From Candidatus Zixiibacteriota bacterium (GTDB lineage: Bacteria > Zixibacteria > MSB-5A5 > DG-27), in the NCBI GenBank assembly GCA_030605835.1, contig JAUWHO010000035.1, positions 35,776 through 99,775 on the forward strand: a stretch of DNA of 64,000 bases, in the 5' to 3' direction. Positions 49,676-58,733 of this stretch are shown piece after piece (the first letter of the stretch is position 1; each line of letters begins with the position of its first letter). The notes beneath the pieces were generated by a model. It saw nothing but the letters and a program-made list of their open reading frames with translations. It was not told the DNA's origin and did not search any database. The position numbers were made by a program, and so were the translations under genes.

Positions 49676-50399
49676 GAAGTTCGGCGAGAAACTCGCTGTC
49701 GACCATCTGAATTTAGAGGTCACCAGGGGCGAATTCTTCGGCTTTTTAGGGCCCAACGGGGCCGGGAAGACCACCACCATCAGGATGCTGGTGGGACTCT
49801 CGCAACCCACCCAGGGGGAGATGGAAATCGCCGGGATCGACCTCAAGAAAGAGCCGGTGAAGGCCAAGCTGAAGATCGGCTATGTCCCCGACAGTCCCTA
49901 TCTGTATGACAAACTCTCTGCTCGGGAGTTCTTAAAGTTCATCGGGGGACTCTATCACATGCAGAGAAGGGAAATCGAAAGGGAAGCTGACTTCCTGCTC
50001 GACTACTTCGAGATGACCTCCTGGTGCGACCAGAAGGCGGAAGGTTACTCTCACGGGATGAGGCAGAAGACGGTCGTGACCGCCGCCCTGCTTCACAACC
50101 CGGAGGTCATCATAATCGACGAACCCCTAACCGGGCTGGATCCCCACAGTGGCAGACTTTTGAAGAATATCCTCAAGGAGAGGACCAAATCCGGGACCAC
50201 CGTCTTCGTCTCCACTCACATTCTGGGGATCGCCGAGGAGCTATCCGACCGAATAGGGATATTGAACGAAGGGAGACTGATCGCATGCGGCACCGTCAGA
50301 GAGCTGATGGGCATGGCCGTGGCTCAAGAAGAGAATCTGGAGGGGCTGTTCCTACGCCTGACCCGACCGCAGCGCCCGGAATCGGTTCTGTCGACATGA
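49650..50399 (+). CDS. ABC transporter ATP-binding protein
   Basis: GPNGAGKTT, YSHGMRQK signature, IIIDEP, STH. Confidence 0.94.
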   Translation: MITIRNLTKKFGEKLAVDHLNLEVTRGEFFGFLGPNGAGKTTTIRMLVGLSQPTQGEMEIAGIDLKKEPVKAKLKIGYVPDSPYLYDKLSAREFLKFIGGLYHMQRREIEREADFLLDYFEMTSWCDQKAEGYSHGMRQKTVVTAALLHNPEVIIIDEPLTGLDPHSGRLLKNILKERTKSGTTVFVSTHILGIAEELSDRIGILNEGRLIACGTVRELMGMAVAQEENLEGLFLRLTRPQRPESVLST

Positions 50400-52105
50400 A
50401 AGCGCTTGCCCTCATACTGAGATACAAGATTCGGAATTCGAGGCGGGGCTTCTTTGTCCCCCGGCTGGAAAACCTTCTGCGGGTGGTGGTTAATCTGTCG
50501 GTGGGCCTCCTTCTTTTCGCGGGAGCCTACTGGTTTTTTCACTACATCTTCAACTACCTCGGAGGGCTTCACGAGATCGGTTCCCTTTTGATGGACAAGG
50601 TGGTCTCGCTGGCGATGCTGACGTTCTTTATGATGTTAATCCTCTCCAATCTGGTGATCTCCTTCTCCACCCTGTTTAAGAGCAAAGAGACCGAGTTTCT
50701 GCTCTCTTTGCCTACCCCGCATCTGAACACCTTCATAGCTCGTTTCCTCGACAATTCCGTCTACTCCACCTGGGCCTTCCTTTTTCTGGCTCTGCCCCTT
50801 TTGGCCTCCTACGGGGAGGTGCACCAGTTCCGATGGTGGCAATACCTCACGCTCTTCTCGCTGGGCCTAATTCCGTTTGTGCTCATTCCCGCAGCTTTGG
50901 GCGTCGGGTTCTCCCTTTTGCTTTTCTACTTGCGCCGTTTCACCAAACCGATCAACATAATCCTGGCCTTAGTGGCGCTGGTGGCTTTGGCCATGTGGCT
51001 ATACCTCCAGGCAAACAACCCCCGGAGCCTCACTTTGAGCTCTTTAGAGGATTTCCGCATACTAAACAGCTATCTTTCCAATCTGAAGGCGGTGTCTTTC
51101 TCATATCTGCCCCATGTTTGGTTCTCCGAGGGCTTAAAGGCTCTGACCCTGAAGGATTTTCGGAGTGTTTCGGTTCACCTGCTGGCTTTGGCCACCACCA
51201 CTGTCTTTCTTTTCAGGATGCTTTTCCTGCTTTCGGAGAAGGTCTATTTCAAAGGCTGGCTGGCCTCCGAGGAGAAAGGCACCGCCAAGAAAGCAAAGGA
51301 GAGAGTCTGGAGGAGAAGATTAGGATCCCTGTTCAGATTTGATCCCCTCTTCTGGCTTCCCCCGGACACCAGGGCCCTGGTGGTGAAGGATATGAAACTC
51401 TTCGTGAGGGAACCAAGCCAGTGGGCGCAATTCACCATCCTTTTGATCTTGCTGGTTCTCTATCTGGTGAATCTGGGCCAACTTCCCCTCACCTTTGGAG
51501 GGCAACAACTCTGGGAGACGGTTATCACTTTCGCGAATTTCGCCTTCTGTGGCTTCATATTGGCCACCCTGGCGGTGAGGTTCGTTTTCCCCTCCATAAG
51601 CATGGAGGGGGCCAACATCTGGTCGATCGGGAGCTCCCCTCTCTCTTTGAGGAGGCTTTTCTGGGGCAAATTCGGAATCTCCTTCGTGATCTTTGTCGTC
51701 CTGGCGGAGATTTTGGCTTACTGCTCCAACAGGATGCTCTATCTCTCCGGCCTGATGATGGTTCTGACCGGCGTGGGGATTTTCTTGATGAGTTTGGGCT
51801 TGACCAGCTTGGCCACCGGGTGTGGAGCCATCTTCGCCAATTTCTCGGAGCGAAATCCGGGGAAGATCGCCTCCTCCTCCGGGGGAATGTTGACCGCGGT
51901 GTTGTCCCTGTTCTACGTTGCTTTGATGGTCTTCATTGTGGCTCTGCCGGTGCATCGTTACACCCTGCATCTCTCCTCGGGACTCGATTTCTCCCCTCTG
52001 CAGGTCGTTCAGGCTTTAATCATGATGCTGGCGCTCAACCTCGTTGCCATCTTTCTGCCCCTCAAATTGGGATTGTCCTCTTTAGAGAAGAGAAGCGATT
52101 TTTGA
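50396..52105 (+). CDS. Putative ABC exporter permease (multi-TM)
   Basis: ATG overlaps the ATPase stop (ATGA at 50396); many TM segments; FLLSLP, KDMKLFVREP, PSISMEG. Confidence 0.82.
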   Translation: MKALALILRYKIRNSRRGFFVPRLENLLRVVVNLSVGLLLFAGAYWFFHYIFNYLGGLHEIGSLLMDKVVSLAMLTFFMMLILSNLVISFSTLFKSKETEFLLSLPTPHLNTFIARFLDNSVYSTWAFLFLALPLLASYGEVHQFRWWQYLTLFSLGLIPFVLIPAALGVGFSLLLFYLRRFTKPINIILALVALVALAMWLYLQANNPRSLTLSSLEDFRILNSYLSNLKAVSFSYLPHVWFSEGLKALTLKDFRSVSVHLLALATTTVFLFRMLFLLSEKVYFKGWLASEEKGTAKKAKERVWRRRLGSLFRFDPLFWLPPDTRALVVKDMKLFVREPSQWAQFTILLILLVLYLVNLGQLPLTFGGQQLWETVITFANFAFCGFILATLAVRFVFPSISMEGANIWSIGSSPLSLRRLFWGKFGISFVIFVVLAEILAYCSNRMLYLSGLMMVLTGVGIFLMSLGLTSLATGCGAIFANFSERNPGKIASSSGGMLTAVLSLFYVALMVFIVALPVHRYTLHLSSGLDFSPLQVVQALIMMLALNLVAIFLPLKLGLSSLEKRSDF

Positions 52106-52177
52106 CTCCCTCTCGAGCATCCTGACATCCGACAATAGCGCTTGACAAATCTGGCGGCCTCCCCTTAATTCCGCAGC

Positions 52178-52203
52178 GGGAACCAACAATCTCTAACTGA
52201 GTT
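52178..52203 (+). promoter_or_regulatory. ECF (SigH/SigR-type) autoregulatory promoter
   Basis: GGGAAC-17 nt-GTT immediately upstream of the ECF sigma gene. Confidence 0.55.
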
Positions 52204-52219
52204 TCAGCTAAGGAAGCGG

Positions 52220-52879
52220 TTGCGAGAGCCTTCCGGTGGGCAGTCCGCCTCTTTAGCTGCTCCGCTGATGATCAAGAGAAAAGACTCTCCCGGCGCGCAG
52301 GCTGACAGCAGAAAGAAGCGGTTTGAGAAAGAGGCCCTTCTCCACCTGGATGCGGTTTATCGCTCAGCTTTGAGGATGACCAAAGAGCCGACTGAAGCGG
52401 AGGACTTGGTGCAAGAGACCTTTCTTAAAGCCTATCGCTTTTTCGATCGCTTCGAGTCGGGCACCAACTGTAAGGCCTGGCTCTTAAAGATTATGACCAA
52501 TATCTACATAACAGAGTATCACCGCAAGTCACGAGAGCCCTCGGGGTTAGCATACGATGAGGAAGAGGTCTTTTCCCTTTACGAACAGATCGAGGGTAGA
52601 GAGGGCAAAAGGGCAGCCACCGATCCCGAGAGGCGGTTCTTCGATCGCGTCATGGACGTCGAGGTGAAAAAGGCGATCGAGGACCTGCCCCAGGAGTTCC
52701 GGGAGGTGGTGGTTTTGTCTCTCCTGGAGGATCTCTCTTACCAGGAGATAGCTGAGGCCCTGGGGATTCAACTGGGGACGGTTAAATCTCGATTGTTCCG
52801 GGGGCGGAAGCTCCTGCAGAAAAACCTGTGGGAATATGCCAAAGCCCGGGGGATAGTCAGCGATTCCGAACAGAGATGA
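52220..52879 (+). CDS. ECF RNA polymerase sigma factor (SigH/SigR-like)
   Basis: [47 protein letters not shown]. Confidence 0.92.
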   Translation: MREPSGGQSASLAAPLMIKRKDSPGAQADSRKKRFEKEALLHLDAVYRSALRMTKEPTEAEDLVQETFLKAYRFFDRFESGTNCKAWLLKIMTNIYITEYHRKSREPSGLAYDEEEVFSLYEQIEGREGKRAATDPERRFFDRVMDVEVKKAIEDLPQEFREVVVLSLLEDLSYQEIAEALGIQLGTVKSRLFRGRKLLQKNLWEYAKARGIVSDSEQR

Positions 52880-53661
52880 ACTGTAGCGAAGCCCAAAGAC
52901 TTCTGTACGATTACCTCAATGGGGAGCTGGAGCAGTTAGATCTTAGTCGGGTTGAATCTCATCTGAAGGTGTGCTCCTCCTGCCTCAGGATATTCGAATT
53001 TGAGCGGCGTTTCCAGAGTCTCATCATCGATAGAATCCCCGAAGAAACAGCCCCCCCAGACCTGAGGTCGGCGATACTCGACCGCATCGGTCAGCTGGAA
53101 CAGCCCGGAACCTCGTTTCCCGCCTCCAAAAAACGTTTCTTCTTCCGCCCAGCGCTGGTCTTGGCCCCGATCGGTCTGGTGGTGGTTTTCCTGACGGTCG
53201 TCTTTTTCACCTCGCGGGAAAAACAGAAAGACCCGATCGCTATTCTGGTTCAGAATCACATGCGAGTAGAATCCTCGAATGAGGGACTGACCTATAACTC
53301 CTCTGACCCCCAATTTGTCTCCTCCCATCTGGAGCGGGAGCTGGGCCTCCAGGCCTCCTTGACCGCCTATACCTCCTCCGGAGCGGTTCTGAAGGGTGGT
53401 GAGGTGATCCCGGTATGCAACTGCAAGGTGGGGCTGGTATATTTCTCCAAAGAGGGGGTGGGGATTTCGCTTTTCCTTTGTCATCCGGGCGAGCTAACGT
53501 GTCCCATGATGGAGGCAATCTCTCACCGCAATCGAAAATATCATTTTGCCAGGATTCGCGGATTCAATCTCTTGGTCTGGGATGATGCAGGTTTGAACTG
53601 CATCGTGGTTTCACGACTTCCGAGGGAGACACTCCTTGACTTCGCCAGCCGGCGAGCATAG
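52876..53661 (+). CDS. Transmembrane anti-sigma factor with zf-HC2 (ZAS) domain
   Basis: MNC...YLNGEL...HLKVCSSC (HxxxCxxC), single TM, extracytoplasmic domain; ATGA overlap with sigma. Confidence 0.87.
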   Translation: MNCSEAQRLLYDYLNGELEQLDLSRVESHLKVCSSCLRIFEFERRFQSLIIDRIPEETAPPDLRSAILDRIGQLEQPGTSFPASKKRFFFRPALVLAPIGLVVVFLTVVFFTSREKQKDPIAILVQNHMRVESSNEGLTYNSSDPQFVSSHLERELGLQASLTAYTSSGAVLKGGEVIPVCNCKVGLVYFSKEGVGISLFLCHPGELTCPMMEAISHRNRKYHFARIRGFNLLVWDDAGLNCIVVSRLPRETLLDFASRRA

Positions 53662-53705
53662 GATCAGTCGACAGCTTCATCGACGGGAACAGAGAACAAG
53701 AGACT

Positions 53706-53828
53706 CTATTCACTATTTACTATCAACCACTCACAGCTCCCCTTAATGTCGGGGGGATAGAACTTCCCTCTCCAATCCCAGTAGCTGTAACCGGAGGTGC
53801 ATCTTGAACTCGATCTTCGAGAGACCAA
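53706..53828 (-). pseudogene. 5' stub of a DUF72-family gene
   Basis: TSGYSYWDWRGKFYPPDIK matches the DUF72 N-terminal GTSGxxYxxWxGxFYP motif; GGAGG RBS; runs into heptamer repeats and stops. Confidence 0.6.
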
Positions 53829-53898
53829 TTTTTCTCTCCTCCCTCGTGGTTCAAAGTTCGTAGTTTACGGTTCACAGTTCACAGTGACTTCCTCTCCC

Positions 53899-54039
53899 CT
53901 ATCTCCTATTCCCTGTTTCCTTTGATCTTGAGGTTTTCTGAAACTTCACCATACCACATTTTCTGCAGACCCACTTGCGCCTCTTGTGGAAGGAGCGTTT
54001 CTCCTCCTTCATCTTCGTCTTACAGCGGGGACAATGCAC
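53899..54039 (-). CDS. 46-aa basic zinc-ribbon microprotein (below ORF-track cutoff)
   Basis: GTG start, MHCPRCKTKMKEEKRSFHKRRKWVCRKCGMVKFQKTSRSKETGNRR*; divergent sigma70-like promoter upstream. Confidence 0.55.
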   Translation of the reverse strand: MHCPRCKTKMKEEKRSFHKRRKWVCRKCGMVKFQKTSRSKETGNRR

Positions 54040-54050
54040 AGGGTCTAAAC

Positions 54051-54104
54051 GGTTGACATATCCTCCAGAATGATATAATAAGTGATGACATTTTTATGTC
54101 AACC
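54051..54104. promoter_or_regulatory. Overlapping divergent sigma70 promoters with palindromic operator
   Basis: Plus: TTGACA (54053) and extended -10 TGnTATAAT (54071-54079); minus: TTGACA (54102-54097)-16 nt-TATTAT; palindrome TGACAT-TTTT-ATGTCA at 54086-54101. Confidence 0.6.
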
Positions 54105-54142
54105 CTGAACGCTGGCGAGGCAATGGAAAGATAGGATGTCTG

Positions 54143-55126
54143 ATGACCGATGATTACTTAGGACAGCTTTTCATTCTGGGCCTCTCGGGAAAAGGGTTAT
54201 CTTCAGAGTTTGAGGGTTTCTTCAGCGGGAACCGAATCGGAGGTGTTATTCTCTTCGAGGAGAACTTCGAGGACCTCGCCGATTTGAGGAGACTAACCAG
54301 CCATCTCCGCTCTCTGGGTGAGGTGCCCCCATTTGTAATGATTGACCAAGAGGTCCGGGGAGTTAACCGGATAACAGAAAACATGCCGAGCCTCACCAAT
54401 GATGCCCTTTCCAACTCACTGAACAGCTCTCTGAAAGTGCAAGAGGCGTTTTCTCAAACCGCAAGAACTTTGAAGGATTCGGGCATAAATGTCCAGCTGG
54501 CTCCAGTTGTGGATCTCCCGGGGGGTGCTCGCCACCACGTTTTGAAGGGGCGCTGCTTGGGTGAGGATTCCAAGCTGGTGGCGCAGTTAGGCGCAGTCGC
54601 CGTCGAGGCGATTCAATCGGAGGGGATTTCCGCCTGCGCCAAGCACTTCCCCGGATTAGGGGAAGCTCGTGAAGATCCCCATTTCAGGTTGGCCAGAGTA
54701 GAGACCTCCCGCGAGGAGTGGTCCCAGACGGATGCCGCCCCCTTCAGGGAGACGATCTCTTGCGGAGTCCACTTTGTAATGAGCACTCATGTGATTTGCT
54801 CCGCTCTGGATGAAAGCCTCCCGGCGACCCTCTCAGGAAAGGTAATCGATGATTGTCTGAAGAGAGAATTGGGATTTGAGGGTTTGGTTATCACCGATGA
54901 TTTGACTATGAGGGGCATCACGGAAAAGCACTCTATCCCGGAGGTTGCGGTCGAAGCCCTGACCGCCGGGCATCACTTCTTACTTATATGCAAGGATTTC
55001 GAGGCTCAGAAAGAGGCCTTAGAATTCGTTAGAAAAGCATATATGAACAGAAACTTGAATCGGGAAAGAGTTGACCAGACGATCTCTAAGATATTAGACT
55101 TCAAGAAAAAGTATGTCAACTCTTAA
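54143..55126 (+). CDS. nagZ: Beta-N-acetylhexosaminidase (GH3)
   Basis: GGVILF, IDQE, APVVD, KHFPGLG...DPH, ITDDLTM. Confidence 0.88.
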   Translation: MTDDYLGQLFILGLSGKGLSSEFEGFFSGNRIGGVILFEENFEDLADLRRLTSHLRSLGEVPPFVMIDQEVRGVNRITENMPSLTNDALSNSLNSSLKVQEAFSQTARTLKDSGINVQLAPVVDLPGGARHHVLKGRCLGEDSKLVAQLGAVAVEAIQSEGISACAKHFPGLGEAREDPHFRLARVETSREEWSQTDAAPFRETISCGVHFVMSTHVICSALDESLPATLSGKVIDDCLKRELGFEGLVITDDLTMRGITEKHSIPEVAVEALTAGHHFLLICKDFEAQKEALEFVRKAYMNRNLNRERVDQTISKILDFKKKYVNS

Positions 55127-56288
55127 GAGATTACTGCGTAAGAGCGACAGATTGGTGGTGGGGCTGAACTCCGGAACATCTATAGACGGTGTCGATGCCT
55201 GTCTGGTGAGGTTCACTGGAGGCCGGGGAATATCGGGGATTCGCTTGTTGAGTTTCAGGAGCTTTCCGTTCTCGCCTGGTGTTCGAAGGGCGATCCTCAA
55301 GATCTGTGACCCCGATTTTCAGAAGTTGGACGAGACAATGAGGCTGAATTATGCCTTAGGGGAATACTTCGCCGAGGCTGCAATAAAGGTCGTCGAAGAG
55401 GCGGGACACAGCCTATCGCAGCTCGACCTTGTCGGCAGCCACGGTCAGACGATTCGGCACCTCCCGCGCAAGGAGAGGAGTCTATCCCATTCTGTGAGGG
55501 CAACCCTGCAGATCGGAGAGCTGGCGGTCATTGCCAATCGCACCGGAGTCATCACCGTCGGCGATTTCAGAGCCTCGGATGTAGCCGCCGGAGGGGAGGG
55601 GGCACCCCTGACACCATACTGCCATCATTTCCTCTTCGCACACAGAGCAAAGGATATCGCTGTCGTCAACATCGGGGGAATTGCCAACGTCACTTTTCTG
55701 CCGGCTGGTTGCTCCCCAAAGCAGATGTTGGCTTATGACACCGGGCCCGGAAATATGGTGGTGGACTATCTCGCTGGGAAGCTCTTTGGAAAGAGCTTCG
55801 ATTGCGATGGTAAAATCGCCTTGAGCGGCACGGTGTCACCGAAGCTCTTAAACTACCTTCTGAGAGACCCCTATTATCGGCGTAAACCGCCGAAGTCAAC
55901 CGGGAGGGAAAAATACGATCGGACTTTCTGCGAGCGACTGATTGAAAAGTCCAAGTCTCTTGGTCTTGCTCCCAAAGATATGATCGCTACCAGCTCGGAG
56001 CTGACGGTGAAGACCATCGCTCAAACCATAAAAGCTCTGAGTCGAACAGAGAGAATCATCCTCTGTGGGGGTGGCGCTCTAAACTTATATTTTCGCAAAC
56101 GGCTCTCTGAGGAGTTGGAGCCCAAAGAGATTGTCACCTCAGAGGAATTTGGCATCCCGGTGAAGGGGATGGAGCCTCTCTGTTTTGCCATTCTCGCCAA
56201 CGAGACCATAAACGGAAAAAGAACCGGGCTACCCAAAGTCACCGGTGCGAAGACTGAAACCATTCTGGGTAAAATCTGTCTGCCTTGA
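55113..56288 (+). CDS. anmK: Anhydro-N-acetylmuramic acid kinase
   Basis: GLNSGTSIDGVD, GSHGQT, DFR..DVAAGGEGAPL, NIGGIAN, DTGPGN, PPKSTGRE, CGGG. Confidence 0.95.
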   Translation: MSTLKRLLRKSDRLVVGLNSGTSIDGVDACLVRFTGGRGISGIRLLSFRSFPFSPGVRRAILKICDPDFQKLDETMRLNYALGEYFAEAAIKVVEEAGHSLSQLDLVGSHGQTIRHLPRKERSLSHSVRATLQIGELAVIANRTGVITVGDFRASDVAAGGEGAPLTPYCHHFLFAHRAKDIAVVNIGGIANVTFLPAGCSPKQMLAYDTGPGNMVVDYLAGKLFGKSFDCDGKIALSGTVSPKLLNYLLRDPYYRRKPPKSTGREKYDRTFCERLIEKSKSLGLAPKDMIATSSELTVKTIAQTIKALSRTERIILCGGGALNLYFRKRLSEELEPKEIVTSEEFGIPVKGMEPLCFAILANETINGKRTGLPKVTGAKTETILGKICLP

Positions 56289-56291
56289 ACT

Positions 56292-57545
56292 ATGATACCA
56301 CGTTCGATACTTCTTATCTTCTTGGGACTTCTTACAGTCTGCGGCTCATGCGGTCGCCCTCCCTATAGGACTGCTGAACCCTCCCCGGGCGTGCCTCCGA
56401 CGGTGCGACTCAAGCTCGGGGAATATTGGGGAACAGTTAGATTCTCCTCTCAGGGCCCGTCGTTGGTCGAATGCTGGAGAGCCGGACAGCTCGTGGACAG
56501 ATTCTATGGCGCTTTCGAGCTCAACGTTGCCCTCTCCGGGGGAGGGCTGTCATTAAAAGACGAAAACCTAGGAGGGCTTGCGAGGAGACTCTCGAAGATT
56601 GCATTCCTGCCCGGCTCGAATCCGGCGAAATTTCAGTTCCAGGGCAAGACCTATCGAGGGAACTTAGAAATCATCTGTAGTCGCGAAACCACAAGCTTCA
56701 CCGCGATAAACGAGCTGGATATAGAGAGCTACTTGAAGGGGGTGCTCCCGGCGGAGATGGGAAAGCGCCTCCCGGAGGAATACGAAGCCCTGAAAGCTCA
56801 AGCGGTGGCGGCACGAACGTATGCCCTCTACAAGCTTCAGAACCAAAAAGGGGACAACCGCTATCTGCACGCAACGGTGTTGGACCAAGTATATCAGGGT
56901 TACGACTCGGAAATGCAGCTGTCAAATCGGGCGGTGGAGGAGACCCGGGGGCAGGTTCTCACCTACCGGGGTCAGCTAATCTGCGCATACTATCACGCTA
57001 TCTGCGGAGGTTCAACTGAAGATGTATCGAACGTTTGGGGAGGAAAGCAAAAGGCCTACCTGACCTCGGTTCCGGATGGTGATTTGTGCAGCTGGGCCAA
57101 AAGTTACCTCTGGCAGGAGAGCTTCACCGCGGAGGAGCTCTTGGAGAAGGTGGTCTCCCATTCAAGAGCAGAGAACCTCAAGTGGCCGAGAGAGAGAGAC
57201 AGCCTGAAATCGGTCGAGATTCTCTCTCGTATGAGAAGCGGGAGGGTCAGAGAGCTTCTGATTGAAACCACAAGTCACAAATACATCTTGAAATCTGATG
57301 ATATAAGGTGGGCTCTGAACAGAACCGAAGAGGAAATCACGATTCTCGCCTCTACTCTCTTCGAGATGACATTGAGACGAGACTCAAGCGACAACATCAT
57401 CTCCGTCGACTTCTTCGGGAGGGGGAAGGGGCACGGCGTGGGGATGTGTCAATGTGGTGCCATCGGTCGTTCCCGTAAGGGTTATGACTATGACCAGATT
57501 CTGAAATCCTATTATACCGGAGCACACCTGTCCAGGTTGTACTGA
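56292..57545 (+). CDS. SpoIID/LytB-domain lytic transglycosylase, probable lipoprotein
   Basis: YLKGVLPAEM, EALKAQAVAARTYA, DQVYQG, GHGVGMCQCGA, ILKSYY. Confidence 0.92.
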   Translation: MIPRSILLIFLGLLTVCGSCGRPPYRTAEPSPGVPPTVRLKLGEYWGTVRFSSQGPSLVECWRAGQLVDRFYGAFELNVALSGGGLSLKDENLGGLARRLSKIAFLPGSNPAKFQFQGKTYRGNLEIICSRETTSFTAINELDIESYLKGVLPAEMGKRLPEEYEALKAQAVAARTYALYKLQNQKGDNRYLHATVLDQVYQGYDSEMQLSNRAVEETRGQVLTYRGQLICAYYHAICGGSTEDVSNVWGGKQKAYLTSVPDGDLCSWAKSYLWQESFTAEELLEKVVSHSRAENLKWPRERDSLKSVEILSRMRSGRVRELLIETTSHKYILKSDDIRWALNRTEEEITILASTLFEMTLRRDSSDNIISVDFFGRGKGHGVGMCQCGAIGRSRKGYDYDQILKSYYTGAHLSRLY

Positions 57546-57573
57546 TCCAACAGCGCCATTTCTTGATTTCACC

Positions 57574-57604
57574 AAAAAAGCCCCGGAGCAAATCACGGGG
57601 CTTC
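57574..57604. terminator. Terminator between convergent genes
   Basis: AAAAAAGCCCCG...CGGGGCTT. Confidence 0.65.
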
Positions 57605-57635
57605 TATTTTCTGGTTTGAATAACGCTGGCAGCTC

Positions 57636-58715
57636 TTACAAACCCAGTCGCACCCGGAAGAGGTGATTCCACTGCTTATCGACCGTCGGGGCCGGGCCCA
57701 ATTCCTCACCGTAATAAGTGTAATCCAACCCCAGGATGAACAGATTCAGTCCGATTCCACCGGAAAAGTAACCCTTGTGATAGCCCAGACGTAAGTCGAA
57801 AACCTCGAAGCTCGCGTTGGCGCCCAGGTAGATCTTGTTGAGAAGATGGTTGCCGCCGCGGTTGAAGGTATCATTGAGGTCAGCAGCCAAAGCCAGCCTG
57901 GGAAAGAGATAGTAGGCGATCCCCAGCTTCATGATGATGTCGGTCTTGCCGCCATCGATGGTTCCCAGAAGGTCCAGTATGGAGGCCCCCAGGGTGGTCT
58001 TGGAGTCGAGGTTATATAACGCACCAACGTCCAAGCCCCAGCCGGTCTTGGCCTTCTCAAGCCGGTCGATTGCCTTATCAACGATTTCTTTGCTGGACTC
58101 CATGTCCGAGGCTTTGATATGCACCAGACCGCTGTTGCGCCTGCTGATGATCTTCCCGTTTGCTCCCACCGCCAGCTTGTCAGTCAGGTAGCGGCCGTGT
58201 CCTGCGAAGTAGACTATGTCAGTTGTGACACTGGCGAAGAGCCGAGGCTCATAAATGCCGCGGTCGAGCTTGAATCTCGCCCGGGCGACATCGTAAACTC
58301 CGAAGGCGAAACCGTTCATCGTCACCCCGACGGAGGGACCCAAATATACCGTTACCCAGCGGTCGTCGAATTCGGTCATGTCGTCGAGGAAATCCTGTTT
58401 CTCCTGGGTGGACAGATTCTCGAAATTCTCGAAGCGTTCCTGGTTGTCCTTGGCGAATTTCAAAACATCGGTGGCGGTCTTGTCAAAGCCGAACTGCAAG
58501 TCCGGAACTGCTAAGTGAAAACCGGTATTGGCTAAAAGCGCCGGATTGTAAAGGAATGCTCCCCAGGTGTCTCCGTAAGCACAGTAGGCCCCTCCCATCC
58601 CTAAGGCTCTGATGTCGGGCTTGAAGGCCGGTCGGCTGGCAGCGTATAGTCCGGTGGTGACGAAAAGAAGAGAGAAAAGCACCACCAGGACAGCGAAAGG
58701 TTTTCTTATTGACAT
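57636..58715 (-). CDS. Outer-membrane beta-barrel protein (TraF_2/PorV-like N-terminus)
   Basis: Signal peptide; RALGMGGA...YNPA; amphipathic strands; terminal HLFRVRLGL. Confidence 0.72.
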   Translation of the reverse strand: MSIRKPFAVLVVLFSLLFVTTGLYAASRPAFKPDIRALGMGGAYCAYGDTWGAFLYNPALLANTGFHLAVPDLQFGFDKTATDVLKFAKDNQERFENFENLSTQEKQDFLDDMTEFDDRWVTVYLGPSVGVTMNGFAFGVYDVARARFKLDRGIYEPRLFASVTTDIVYFAGHGRYLTDKLAVGANGKIISRRNSGLVHIKASDMESSKEIVDKAIDRLEKAKTGWGLDVGALYNLDSKTTLGASILDLLGTIDGGKTDIIMKLGIAYYLFPRLALAADLNDTFNRGGNHLLNKIYLGANASFEVFDLRLGYHKGYFSGGIGLNLFILGLDYTYYGEELGPAPTVDKQWNHLFRVRLGL

Positions 58716-58733
58716 TATATTCCTCCGTTTGCT

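Noticed and set aside
50024-50395. N-terminal 124 aa of ORF 50024-52105
   Set aside because: Overlaps the ABC ATPase in another frame; the ATGA-coupled start at 50396 is the likely true start.
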